From assembly GCA_003153935.1 (NCBI GenBank), contig PMCA01000011.1, positions 67,912 to 131,911 on the forward strand: a DNA stretch of 64,000 nucleotides, given 5' to 3'. The translations under genes and the position numbers were made by a program. This document shows, one piece after another, positions 28,333-36,655 of the stretch. The stretch is from Elusimicrobiota bacterium (GTDB taxonomy: Bacteria > CAYTYR01 > UBA6262). Numbering within the stretch: the first letter of the stretch is position 1; each line of letters starts with the position of its first letter. The notes under the pieces are model-generated. The model had not been told where the DNA came from. It did not search any database and saw only the letters and a list, made by a program, of their open reading frames with translations.

Positions 28333-29763
28333 CTATCTAACTTCCTGCCAGGAAACCAGGTATACGCCCCGCACCCGTGGCAACCCCAGATCAATAAACC
28401 TGTTCGGATCGCTATTATAACGGCTGTGCGCGCGTTCATCATAGTTGAACGTCAGACCGCTGCGATATATTATGGCTTCATCTTTGGAGATAATTGAACC
28501 GTTAAACTGGACGTCGTAACCAGAGCGGCCGGCCCAGGCATGATTGGTGTAAAACAGGCCTTCAATTTTAGAGGTATAGTTTGAAGCTAAATCGCTATAA
28601 TTGTTCACTCCCGCAGGCAAATTGCCAAAGGTAGTTACCGGCGTCTGTGTTTCCACGTCGGTCCAATTATAATTGCGCTCAATCACGCCATCTTCATTGG
28701 GGTCCGCACCCATATCAAATAAATATTGATCAGAGTACCACTGATCAGACCCGTTATATCCGTAATGATTATCCTTGGTATAATCGCCTAATATGATGTT
28801 ACCCCTGGCGGCATAAGCCACCATATCGCAATTTTTATTAGCATCTACCCATTGGTCTTCGGTTTGGCCTGCCGCCGGCCGCGGGGTAGCGGGCGCGTTT
28901 TTGTATCCCAAATTATCGGCAACATAAATGTTCCTACCGGTATATAAGGTCCCTTTACCGGTAACCACTCCTTTAAGGATAACATCTCCTCTCACCACTA
29001 CAGTACCGGTTATCTCAATAGGATGAGCAGAAGTGCCAACAAGTACTATGTTGCCGCTTTCACCGGCATCATCACCATAAACCTTGTCGATTACCGTGGC
29101 TCCGTTGATTGTCACCGTACCACTGGAAGTAAAAGCCTTGGATTCATAATAATCCAGAGACTGGAGATTAGGCATTGGTAACTGTTCAGAAAATTCATGT
29201 TGATGCGCCGGATTCCCACCCAGACCGCGGACTGGAGTACCATGGTCATCTATTTCTGCTCCGGCATAGATATCCCCTTCCACCTTGGGCCCATCAACAA
29301 AATCAAAACGCCCGTTGGAACGAACGTCGCCATAGGCTGTAATATCATGGCCCCAATACCAGCCCCAGTTATTAATGAAGTAACAATAATCAAAGACCCG
29401 CGAAATAGGATCTTTTTCAATTACCGCTTTTATCTTCTTCGTAACATTAATGCTGGTACTGTTCATTAAGGCGGTAGAAAAGAGTTGGTAGCGGCTGCTG
29501 GTTAGCTGGGTAACTGCCACGCTGAATGACCCTACGCCTAACGGAGTATTATTCTCTCCTATATAGGCATCATTATTGGTGAACTCCCAGATGGCTTTTT
29601 CAATGCCACCGTCGGCGATATAAAGAGCTTCTACTGATTTTTGGCTACGCAGGGTGTTTTTGCTGTTGCTGTGGGAAAGAAAAACCAGGGTACTTCCTAT
29701 CATAAAGATCAGCAGTAAAAACCCAAGCATGTAAACTGTGGTGAACCCTTTATTTTTTTTCAT
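28333..29763 (-). CDS. PilX-N family protein with C-terminal beta-helix-like repeat domain (paralog of 26908..28323)
   Basis: 476 aa. MKKNKGFTTVYMLGFLLLIFMIGSTLVFL...ALYIADGGIEKAIWEF (PilX_N). C-terminal GTVVVRGDVILKGVVTGKGTLYTGRNIYVADN repeat region. Confidence 0.6.
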   Translation of the reverse strand: MKKNKGFTTVYMLGFLLLIFMIGSTLVFLSHSNSKNTLRSQKSVEALYIADGGIEKAIWEFTNNDAYIGENNTPLGVGSFSVAVTQLTSSRYQLFSTALMNSTSINVTKKIKAVIEKDPISRVFDYCYFINNWGWYWGHDITAYGDVRSNGRFDFVDGPKVEGDIYAGAEIDDHGTPVRGLGGNPAHQHEFSEQLPMPNLQSLDYYESKAFTSSGTVTINGATVIDKVYGDDAGESGNIVLVGTSAHPIEITGTVVVRGDVILKGVVTGKGTLYTGRNIYVADNLGYKNAPATPRPAAGQTEDQWVDANKNCDMVAYAARGNIILGDYTKDNHYGYNGSDQWYSDQYLFDMGADPNEDGVIERNYNWTDVETQTPVTTFGNLPAGVNNYSDLASNYTSKIEGLFYTNHAWAGRSGYDVQFNGSIISKDEAIIYRSGLTFNYDERAHSRYNSDPNRFIDLGLPRVRGVYLVSWQEVR

Positions 29764-29779
29764 AGGCCACCTCCTTAGG

Positions 29780-30226
29780 TCAAATGCCCCTGGCGACCAA
29801 GCTAACGTATTCCATGTTGCGCTGGGCGCCGCGTTCTTCCCACACCACTTTTACCGATACCTGCTTCAATCCCTGATCTATAGCCGAAGCGGTTAATACT
29901 CCGCCCACCGTCTGCATATAAGTGACTTTAACTTGCCGGTTAAACATCAAGGACCCCTTCTGGGTTAATCCCTTGGTAACATCAACCGCCCAGACATCGG
30001 AGGTCCAGACCCCTTCCGGCAAAGAGTCATAATCCCGGTTCTTCAAGTCCTCCATTTTCGCCCTGGCAAAGTTACTGGCCAGGGTTTCAAATTCACTGGC
30101 TTTGGCCGACATGGTAACTGAGCCGAACAATTTCGCTACTACGATCATAGAGTAGCCAAGAAGCAGGATACCCAAGCAAATTTCTATCAGGGTGAAACCA
30201 CGTTTATTTTTGAAGCATTTTAACAT
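29780..30226 (-). CDS. Minor pilin (PilV/GspI-like) with prepilin N-terminal methylation motif
   Basis: 148 aa. NKRG|FTLIEICLGILLLG class III signal. Confidence 0.65.
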   Translation of the reverse strand: MLKCFKNKRGFTLIEICLGILLLGYSMIVVAKLFGSVTMSAKASEFETLASNFARAKMEDLKNRDYDSLPEGVWTSDVWAVDVTKGLTQKGSLMFNRQVKVTYMQTVGGVLTASAIDQGLKQVSVKVVWEERGAQRNMEYVSLVARGI

Positions 30227-30370
30227 ATATCCTCCTGCCGATCAACTACTCCCCTAATATAAATATACCACTAAATCTCGTCTATATCAATGTATCATTT
30301 ACGGGGTATTGTACTCCAAGTAGAGGCTAAAAAGCAAGGATAATTGATAAATAAAATGGACAAAAAAATA

Positions 30371-30458
30371 CGGAGAGACAGGGATTCGAACCCTGGGTGA
30401 GGTCACCCCCACATACGCTTTCCAGGCGTACGCCTTCAACCACTCGGCCATCTCTCCA
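30371..30458 (-). tRNA. tRNA-Ser (anticodon GGA)
   Basis: GGAGAGATGGCCGAGTGGTTGAAGGCG-TACGC-CTGGAAA-GCGTA + long variable arm + GGTTCGAATCC T-loop. 88 nt. No encoded CCA. Confidence 0.8.
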
Positions 30459-30482
30459 TTTAGGATATTGGTATTATATTAT

Positions 30483-30572
30483 TGGCGGAGGCGGAAGGAT
30501 TTGAACCTTCGGTCCGGTTACCCGGACTCCGGTTTTCGAGACCGGTGCACTCAACCACTATGCGACGCCTCC
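30483..30572 (-). tRNA. tRNA-Ser (anticodon CGA), CCA encoded
   Basis: GGAGGCGTCGCATAGTGGTTGAGTGC-ACCGG-TCTCGAA-AACCGG... long variable arm, GGTTCAAATCC T-loop, terminal CCA. Confidence 0.8.
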
Positions 30573-30583
30573 AAAGTTATTAT

Positions 30584-30667
30584 CCAGTTTTCCCTCCCTT
30601 GAAGTCTTCGACTTCATACAGGGAGGACAGGCGAGACTGGCGCCTTCAACCACTCGGCCACCCTTCC
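30584..30667 (-). other. tRNA-Ser-like 5'-half fragment (acceptor + D-arm + anticodon stem) with a 40-nt hairpin at the anticodon-loop position. No T-arm or 3' acceptor strand.
   Basis: Minus strand: GGAAGGGTGGCCGAGTGGTTGAAGGCG-CCAGT-CTCG[CCTGTCCTCCCTGTATGAAGTCGAAGACTTCAAGGGAGGG]AAA-ACTGG. The 5' half is near-identical to tRNA-Ser(GGA). Confidence 0.4.
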
Positions 30668-30676
30668 AACTCTACT

Positions 30677-30736
30677 CCGGTTTTCCCCCCGTTGAAGTCT
30701 GTCGACTTCAATACACGGGGGACAGGCGAGACCGGT
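30677..30736 (-). other. tRNA-Ser(CGA)-like anticodon-arm fragment with the same hairpin at the anticodon-loop position
   Basis: Minus strand: ACCGGT-CTCG[CCTGTCCCCCGTGTATTGAAGTCGACAGACTTCAACGGGGGG]AAA-ACCGGAGT. The flanks match the anticodon arm of the real tRNA-Ser(CGA) (ACCGGTCTCGAAAACCGGAGT). Confidence 0.35.
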
Positions 30737-30738
30737 AA

Positions 30739-31194
30739 CTATTTTCGTTTTTCTTTAAAAAACTCTTTTATTAACTCTCTGCATTCTTTTTCTAAAATAC
30801 CAGCATGAACCTTAATGCGATGGTTTAATTTTTTATTACCGGTCACATTTAATACACTGCCGCAAGCCCCGGCTTTCGGGTCTTTGGCTCCAAAATGCAG
30901 TTCCCTGACCCTGGCGTTTACCAATGCTCCTGCGCACATGGCGCAGGGCTCGATGGTTACATAAAGGATGACCTCGGGGAGACGGTAATTGCCGATCTTT
31001 TTGGCCGCTCTACGCAAGGTAACTATTTCCGCATGGGCAGCGGGGTCCGTTGTCATGATCGGGCAGTTATGCCCACGGGCGATTATTTTCCCGTCGAGAA
31101 CTGCCACTGCCCCAATTGGGACCTCATTTTTTCGCTTCGCTTTGCGGGCTTCTTTAAGCGCTGCTTGCATGAAATATTCATTTGTTCTTATCAT
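30739..31194 (-). CDS. tadA: tRNA adenosine(34) deaminase TadA
   Basis: CMP/dCMP deaminase Zn motifs HAEI and PCAMCAGAL. Start taken at MIRTNEYF (31194), because the ORF track extension reads through the tRNA-Arg gene. Confidence 0.85.
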   Translation of the reverse strand: MIRTNEYFMQAALKEARKAKRKNEVPIGAVAVLDGKIIARGHNCPIMTTDPAAHAEIVTLRRAAKKIGNYRLPEVILYVTIEPCAMCAGALVNARVRELHFGAKDPKAGACGSVLNVTGNKKLNHRIKVHAGILEKECRELIKEFFKEKRK

Positions 31195-31207
31195 CGAATA
31201 AAAAAAG

Positions 31208-31281
31208 CGCGCCCTACAGGATTCGAACCTGTGGCCTACTGATTCGTAGTCAGTCGCTCTATCCAACTGAGCTAAGGGCGC
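31208..31281 (-). tRNA. tRNA-Arg (anticodon ACG)
   Basis: GCGCCCTTAGCTCAGTTGGATAGAGCG-ACTGA-CTACGAA-TCAGT-AGGCC-ACAGGTTCGAATCCTGT-AGGGCGC-G, 74 nt. Confidence 0.85.
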
Positions 31282-31345
31282 ATGGAAAGTCCCCTATGGG
31301 ACTAGTACATTATATATTGTTTCGTGGCAGGTTTCAAGGAGAATT

Positions 31346-32020
31346 TCACGGTTTATAGGCAGGATTAAACAAGACTACGATCTCTCCTTTTAGCGGCCTG
31401 ACAGTGATTTTATCGATCAGCTCTGTCAGGGTTCCACGTAGAACTTCCTCGAATTGCTTGGTTATTTCCCTGGCTATCACTACGTAAATATCTCCCAGGG
31501 TCTCGCGCATGATCTTCAAGGTTGCCAGGATCCGGTAAGGCGATTCATAGAAAACCACGGTTCTTTCCAACTGCCCCAGGCCGGCCAGGGTTCTGGCCAA
31601 TTTGCCCTTTTTACGCGGCAAGAATCCCTCAAAGACAAAACTGTCGGTCGGCAAGCCCGACAAAACCAGCGCGCTTATAACAGCGGAGGGACCAGGGATC
31701 ACCGTAATCTGTATATTCCGTTTGACCGCTTCCTTTATGATCAGGAACCCCGGGTCGGATATCCCTGGGGTGCCGCTATCTGAAACCAGGGCGATCTCCT
31801 TACCCAGCTCCAATTCCTCAAGAAGGTAATCCAGTTTTTTTACCTTATTATATTCGTAGAAACTGGTGGTCGGAGTGTGAATGTCAAAATGCGCCAGCAG
31901 TTTCCTGGTGTACCGGGTATCTTCACAAGCGATCAGAGATACTTGTTTCAGCGTCTCTATCGCCCTAAAAGTAATATCCCCCAGGTTGCCAATGGGGGTC
32001 GCTACGATAAATAATGCCAT
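31346..32020 (-). CDS. rsmI: 16S rRNA (cytidine1402-2'-O)-methyltransferase RsmI
   Basis: 224 aa tetrapyrrole-methylase fold (LFIVATPIGNLGDIT, ACEDTRYTRKLL). Confidence 0.85.
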   Translation of the reverse strand: MALFIVATPIGNLGDITFRAIETLKQVSLIACEDTRYTRKLLAHFDIHTPTTSFYEYNKVKKLDYLLEELELGKEIALVSDSGTPGISDPGFLIIKEAVKRNIQITVIPGPSAVISALVLSGLPTDSFVFEGFLPRKKGKLARTLAGLGQLERTVVFYESPYRILATLKIMRETLGDIYVVIAREITKQFEEVLRGTLTELIDKITVRPLKGEIVVLFNPAYKP

Positions 32021-32032
32021 CTATGGTCCTGT

Positions 32033-32179
32033 CTACTTTTTTTCTCTCAAGGTAGGGCAGAATATATAATCCTTGCTTTCGCAATATTTAATCTTATATT
32101 GGTCGTCAACTACCAGCGGGCGATCGGGATAAGCGACGCAACAATCAGTGTCGGTTTTTTTCAAGAAAGGGCAAGCCAT
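32033..32179 (-). CDS. Possible small Cys-rich protein (48 aa, C3..C13-C14..C33..C41)
   Basis: Translation MACPFLKKTDTDCCVAYPDRPLVVDDQYKIKYCESKDYIFCPTLREKK fills the gap between rsmI and the HD-GYP gene. Below the ORF-track length cutoff. No RBS check done. Confidence 0.25.
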   Translation of the reverse strand: MACPFLKKTDTDCCVAYPDRPLVVDDQYKIKYCESKDYIFCPTLREKK

Positions 32180-32195
32180 AAAACCACCCCCGGTA

Positions 32196-33428
32196 CTATG
32201 TCATCTTAGCTTTTTTATCGCGAATTATTTTCAAAAATATCGTTACCAGGTCAGGATCGAACTGGGTCCCGGAACACCGTTTCAATTCTTTAAGCGCCGT
32301 CTCTTCAGGTAATCCTTTCCGGTAAGGCCGATCGCTGACCATCGCGTCGTAGGAATCAGCTACGGTGATCATCCTGGCCACTAAAGGTATGTCTTCTCCC
32401 GTGATCTTATCCGGATAGCCGCCACCGTTATAATGCTGGTGATGGTAATAAATCAACGGAGCCAGGGCGCTCAGGAATTCTATCGGCTTTACCATGTCGC
32501 TGCCGGTAACCGGATGTTTCTTGATCTCGGTAAATTCATCGTCAGTTAGGCGTCCGGGCTTTAACAGGATCTCTTCCCTGATACCGATCTTTCCTATATC
32601 ATGGATAACCGCTGCGGCTTCGGCTACTTTCTTCATTTCCGGGTCAAGCCGCATTTCCTCCGCCATACTTATCACATATTCGGTAACCCGTTGCGAATGT
32701 CCATAGGTGTAGTGATCCTTGGCATCTACGGCCATAGACAAGGTTTTAATTACACCCAGGTAGACTTGCTGTAAATTTTTGTACAGGTTCAGGTTTTCCA
32801 GGACGATCGCGGTCTGGTCGGCCAAAGTAGCCAACACCCTTAAATCTTCAGGGGCGAACTGACCTTCGCCAATTTTATCATTAACATTTATAATGCCGAT
32901 AACTTTGTTTTGGATCTTCAACGGCACGCTGATAAAGGAGCCTTGGTTAAAGGGGGTGACCTCTCCCAAGGCGAGTTTTATAAACTCTCCCGAAGATAAG
33001 TGGTCTCCTTTTTGCCCGCTTTCGTTGAAAATCCTCTGGCTTATAGGTAAATTCGCCCCATTTGTATCTACGCCATCAAACCCGAGAACCGCTCGCAGCT
33101 CCAGGTGATTGGTTTTATTGTCAAATAAGAATAAAGATCCTCGTTTGGCCCCTAATATCTTAATGGCGTTAGCCAGGGCTAACTTAGCGATCTCGCCCAA
33201 CTCCAAAGTGGTCGGAGTGATATTCAGTTGATGGAAAGAGCTCATCAGCCCCAGCAAACCGTTAAGTTCATCGGAATAATTCCGCAGTTTGCCCTGGGCG
33301 TCCTTTAATTGGGATAGTATCTGGTCAGTTTCTTCCGAGGCTTCTTTTTTCCATAAGGAATTAAAGATAATGAAAGAAGCTATTACTACCCCGATCACGA
33401 TAATGAAATTATAAATAACAGAGGACAT
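32196..33428 (-). CDS. Membrane-anchored GAF + HD-GYP domain protein (variant motif HHQ..NGGGYP)
   Basis: 410 aa. N-terminal TM, GAF region, HD motif (VIHDIGKIGI), HHQHYNGGGYP in place of the canonical HHExxDGxGYP. Confidence 0.85.
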   Translation of the reverse strand: MSSVIYNFIIVIGVVIASFIIFNSLWKKEASEETDQILSQLKDAQGKLRNYSDELNGLLGLMSSFHQLNITPTTLELGEIAKLALANAIKILGAKRGSLFLFDNKTNHLELRAVLGFDGVDTNGANLPISQRIFNESGQKGDHLSSGEFIKLALGEVTPFNQGSFISVPLKIQNKVIGIINVNDKIGEGQFAPEDLRVLATLADQTAIVLENLNLYKNLQQVYLGVIKTLSMAVDAKDHYTYGHSQRVTEYVISMAEEMRLDPEMKKVAEAAAVIHDIGKIGIREEILLKPGRLTDDEFTEIKKHPVTGSDMVKPIEFLSALAPLIYYHHQHYNGGGYPDKITGEDIPLVARMITVADSYDAMVSDRPYRKGLPEETALKELKRCSGTQFDPDLVTIFLKIIRDKKAKMT

Positions 33429-33633
33429 AGGGTAGAACCTCTTTCTTGAGGCATATTGACTTTCAACATTACCCCAATATAAAAGTAACTCTACTTTACA
33501 TCCCTGTCAATGGGTTTATGTACCACAACCGCGCCCTTTTAGTCAACCCAAAATTACGTCATTCTCCTTGACAAACAGCCACTTTTATGTTAAAAGTTCA
33601 TTTCACTGAAAATCCTGAATAGCGAGGGATCCC

Positions 33634-34119
33634 ATGGTACAAAAAACACTGGTTTTGATCAAACCGGATGGATTGCAAAAATCACTTACCGGTAATATTC
33701 TTACCAAATTATCCGAGGCCAAGCTGGATATAGTGGGAGCCAAGGTAGTTCGTGTTTCTAAAGAACTGGCGGAACAACATTATCAACACCTTAAGGATAA
33801 GCCCTTTTTTACTGAATTAGTAAGATATATACAGGGGAAATTGCATGGCCCGCACTATGAGCGGGTCCTGGCCCTGGTATACGAAGGCGAGGATGCCATT
33901 AACCGGGTGAGAAAGATAGCGGGGGCCACTAATCCTGAAGAGGCCGATCCTACCACCATCCGTGGCGCTTATGGCCGTATCACTACCAAAGGCGTTTATG
34001 AGAACGTTATACACTCTTCCAGCGACCCTAAAGACGCTGAGAGGGAGATCGCCTTATGGTTCAAGCCTGAAGAAATTGTCGTCTCATCGGCCGAACCGAA
34101 GAAAGAGGACCAGGCATAA
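33634..34119 (+). CDS. ndk: Nucleoside diphosphate kinase
   Basis: 161 aa. LVLIKPDG, NVIHSSSD active-site region with a short C-terminal extension. Confidence 0.9.
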   Translation: MVQKTLVLIKPDGLQKSLTGNILTKLSEAKLDIVGAKVVRVSKELAEQHYQHLKDKPFFTELVRYIQGKLHGPHYERVLALVYEGEDAINRVRKIAGATNPEEADPTTIRGAYGRITTKGVYENVIHSSSDPKDAEREIALWFKPEEIVVSSAEPKKEDQA

Positions 34120-35312
34120 TGGTATTAGCTAAACGGGCCACCTTAATAAGCCCCTCCTTGACCCTGGGCATAACCGCTAAAGTTAACCAGCTTTGCTCCC
34201 AGGGCATTGATGTGATAGGGTTTGGAGCCGGCGAACCTGATTTTGACACTCCCGTTTATATAAAGGAGGAGGCGATCAGGGCCCTTAATTCCGGTTTTAC
34301 TAAATATACCGCTACTTCGGGTATCAAGGAGCTTAAAGAAGCTATCATCGCCAAATTCCAACGGGATAATCGGTTGGTTTATACTCCCGAAGAGATCATT
34401 GTTTCCTGCGGCGCTAAGCATTCTTTATATAACGCTATACAGGTGCTGTGCGAGAAGGGTGATGAGGCCATTTTGGCCTCACCGTACTGGAACAGCTATC
34501 TGGAAATGATCAAGCTCAGCGGCGCTAAGCCGGTTATCATTAAGACCAAAGAAAAAGATGGCTTTAAGATACTACCGGAAGCGCTGCAGCAGAAAATTTC
34601 TCCTAAGACCAAACTGTTGATCCTGAACAGCCCATCCAACCCCACCGGCACGGTTTATACCCCGGTGGAGATCAAGGCCCTGGGCCGGATCATCGCCGAT
34701 AATAATATAATGACGATCTCCGACGAAATCTACGAAAAGCTGATCTACAGCGATGTCGTGCCGGTCAGCCTGGCTTCCTTAAGCGACAAATTAAAATCCT
34801 TGACCTTGGTGATTAATGGGGTCAGTAAAACTTATGCTATGACCGGCTGGCGGATCGGCTACGCAGCCGGGAGCAAAGAGATCATAAAAGCCATGACGAA
34901 CCTGCAGGACCATTCTACTTCCAACCCGGTTTCTTTCGTGCAAAAGGCGGCGGTCGTCGCCCTGAACGGGCCGCAGAACGAGCTGGAAACAATGCGCCAG
35001 GAGTTCAAGAAAAGACGGGATTATATGGTAGCCAGGGTAAATTCCTTAAAAGGATTATCCTGCCTTAACCCCGATGGCGCTTTTTACGTGTTTGCCAACG
35101 TAAAAAAGCTTTTTAATAAGAATATCAAAGGCCTTGAGGTAAAAGATTCCTTGTCTTTAGCGGAATGCTGGTTGAACGAGGCTCGGGTAGCAGTGGTCCC
35201 GGGGGCCGCATTCGGTGCAGATAATTATGTAAGATTTTCCTACGCCACCAGTTTTGAGAAAATCAAGACCGGGCTGGACAGGATTGAAACACTGATCAAT
35301 AAATACTATTAA
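34119..35312 (+). CDS. Aspartate/aromatic aminotransferase (class I PLP-dependent)
   Basis: 397 aa. PLP-Lys region NGVSKTYAMTGWRIGY, fold type I. Confidence 0.85.
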   Translation: MVLAKRATLISPSLTLGITAKVNQLCSQGIDVIGFGAGEPDFDTPVYIKEEAIRALNSGFTKYTATSGIKELKEAIIAKFQRDNRLVYTPEEIIVSCGAKHSLYNAIQVLCEKGDEAILASPYWNSYLEMIKLSGAKPVIIKTKEKDGFKILPEALQQKISPKTKLLILNSPSNPTGTVYTPVEIKALGRIIADNNIMTISDEIYEKLIYSDVVPVSLASLSDKLKSLTLVINGVSKTYAMTGWRIGYAAGSKEIIKAMTNLQDHSTSNPVSFVQKAAVVALNGPQNELETMRQEFKKRRDYMVARVNSLKGLSCLNPDGAFYVFANVKKLFNKNIKGLEVKDSLSLAECWLNEARVAVVPGAAFGADNYVRFSYATSFEKIKTGLDRIETLINKYY

Positions 35313-35325
35313 GGAAGAGGAGCCT

Positions 35326-36570
35326 ATGCGGCAAAAACAAAATAAGATTTATATTATCGATGTGACCAATCGTGACGGCGTGCAGACGGCGCGCCTGGGA
35401 TTGGCCAAGTTACAGAAAACCATATTGAATATCTACCTTAACGAGATGGGCGTATTCCAGTCCGAATTTGGCTTCCCGGTAACGCGCCATGAAACTAATT
35501 ACCTGAACGCCAACCTGGACCTGGCAGCCAAGGGGTACCTGGCGCCGATCCGCCTGAGCGGCTGGATCAGGGCGACGGTAGAAGACGTAGAGAACGCTTT
35601 CTCCAAAGTTCATAAGACAAAATACCTGAATCTGTCCATTTCTACCAGCGACCAAATGATCGTCAATAAATTTAAGGGTAAACTCGATCATAAGGGTATA
35701 TTGAAGGAAATGACCGCGGCCGTGAAGCGCGCCCGTAAACTTGGGGCGGAGGGAATCGGCGTTAATGCTGAGGACGCGTCACGCACCAGGATGGATTATT
35801 TATTGGAATTCGCCTATGCCGCCAAGCTGGCCGGCGCTGATCGACTGCGTTACTGCGATACATTGGGGTATGATGACCCCTTTTCTATATATGAGCGCAT
35901 TAAGAAACTAGCCCTGGCCACAAAAATGCCGATTGAATTACATTGTCACAACGATCTGGGTATGGTGGTAGGAACTTCCGTTGCCGGAGCTAAGGCGGCC
36001 ATTGACGCCGGGGTTGACGCTTATATTAATACCACGGTAAATGGCATGGGCGAACGGGCAGGTAATGCCGACCTGGTTTCTGTCCTATTGGCGATCAAAT
36101 ATGCCAGCAGTTTCAGCGAAAAATACCGCTTGAGTGACGGTATCAATCTTTCCAAGGCCTGGAAGATAGCTAAATACGCTTCTTACGCTTTTGGCGTTCC
36201 TATACCGATCAACCAACCTGGCGTAGGAGCCAATGCGTTCGCTCATGAATCAGGCATACACGCGGACGGCGCCTTGAAGGACCGCCGCAATTATGAATTG
36301 TACGACTATGAGGTTTTGGGTCGCGGCGAACCGGAGATAATAGAGACCGGACGCCAGATAGTCGCCGGGGAATATAGCGGTATTAAAGGCTTCCGTAACG
36401 TCTACGGCAAATTGGAAGTAGAATTCAAGGATGATAAGGAAGCGACCAAGATATTGGAGATGGTCCGCTATGCAAATGTCCATACGCAGAAACCATTAAC
36501 CAATGATGAACTTATATTCATAGCCAAATATCCGGAGCAAGCCAGGCAAATAATTACCGTAACACCTTAG
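35326..36570 (+). CDS. 2-isopropylmalate synthase / homocitrate synthase family protein (DRE-TIM metallolyase)
   Basis: 414 aa. IIDVTNRDGVQ and ELHCHNDLGMVVGTSVAG motifs. Lacks a long LeuA regulatory C-domain. Confidence 0.75.
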   Translation: MRQKQNKIYIIDVTNRDGVQTARLGLAKLQKTILNIYLNEMGVFQSEFGFPVTRHETNYLNANLDLAAKGYLAPIRLSGWIRATVEDVENAFSKVHKTKYLNLSISTSDQMIVNKFKGKLDHKGILKEMTAAVKRARKLGAEGIGVNAEDASRTRMDYLLEFAYAAKLAGADRLRYCDTLGYDDPFSIYERIKKLALATKMPIELHCHNDLGMVVGTSVAGAKAAIDAGVDAYINTTVNGMGERAGNADLVSVLLAIKYASSFSEKYRLSDGINLSKAWKIAKYASYAFGVPIPINQPGVGANAFAHESGIHADGALKDRRNYELYDYEVLGRGEPEIIETGRQIVAGEYSGIKGFRNVYGKLEVEFKDDKEATKILEMVRYANVHTQKPLTNDELIFIAKYPEQARQIITVTP

Positions 36571-36610
36571 CGAGTTGATAGTTGATTGTTGATAGTTAAT
36601 AGAATAAGCA

Positions 36611-36655
36611 AAAAAATAAAGCGCTAGTCTTTTCGATTAGCGCTTCGTTTTTTCT
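36611..36655. terminator. Bidirectional Rho-independent terminator between convergent genes (AAGCGCTA-loop-TAGCGCTT flanked by an A-run and a T-run)
   Basis: aaaaaaataAAGCGCTAgtcttttcgatTAGCGCTTcgttttttc. A second perfect hairpin, GTCCCGA-tcaga-TCGGGAC, lies at 36667-36685. Confidence 0.5.

Noticed and set aside
30592-30726. Interpreting the 40-nt hairpins as Rho-independent terminators
   Set aside because: The U-run lies 5' of the hairpin on the plus strand and an A-run lies 3' on the minus strand, so neither orientation gives hairpin-then-U-tract. The position inside the anticodon-stem context and the covariation argue for a different role.
30482-30808. Plus-strand 108-aa ORF
   Set aside because: It overlaps tRNA-Ser(CGA) and the tRNA-like fragments on the opposite strand. 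The sequence is explained by RNA genes.
31195-31266. N-terminal extension of tadA reading through tRNA-Arg
   Set aside because: The extension covers the tRNA-Arg(ACG) gene. The internal Met gives a normal TadA N-terminus.
30227-31345. Possible integrated mobile element at the tRNA-Ser/tRNA-Arg block
   Set aside because: No integrase, recombinase or transposase ORF and no direct repeats of tRNA 3' ends are seen. The partial tRNA copies are 5' halves, unlike typical att duplications. Left as an unexplained RNA feature.
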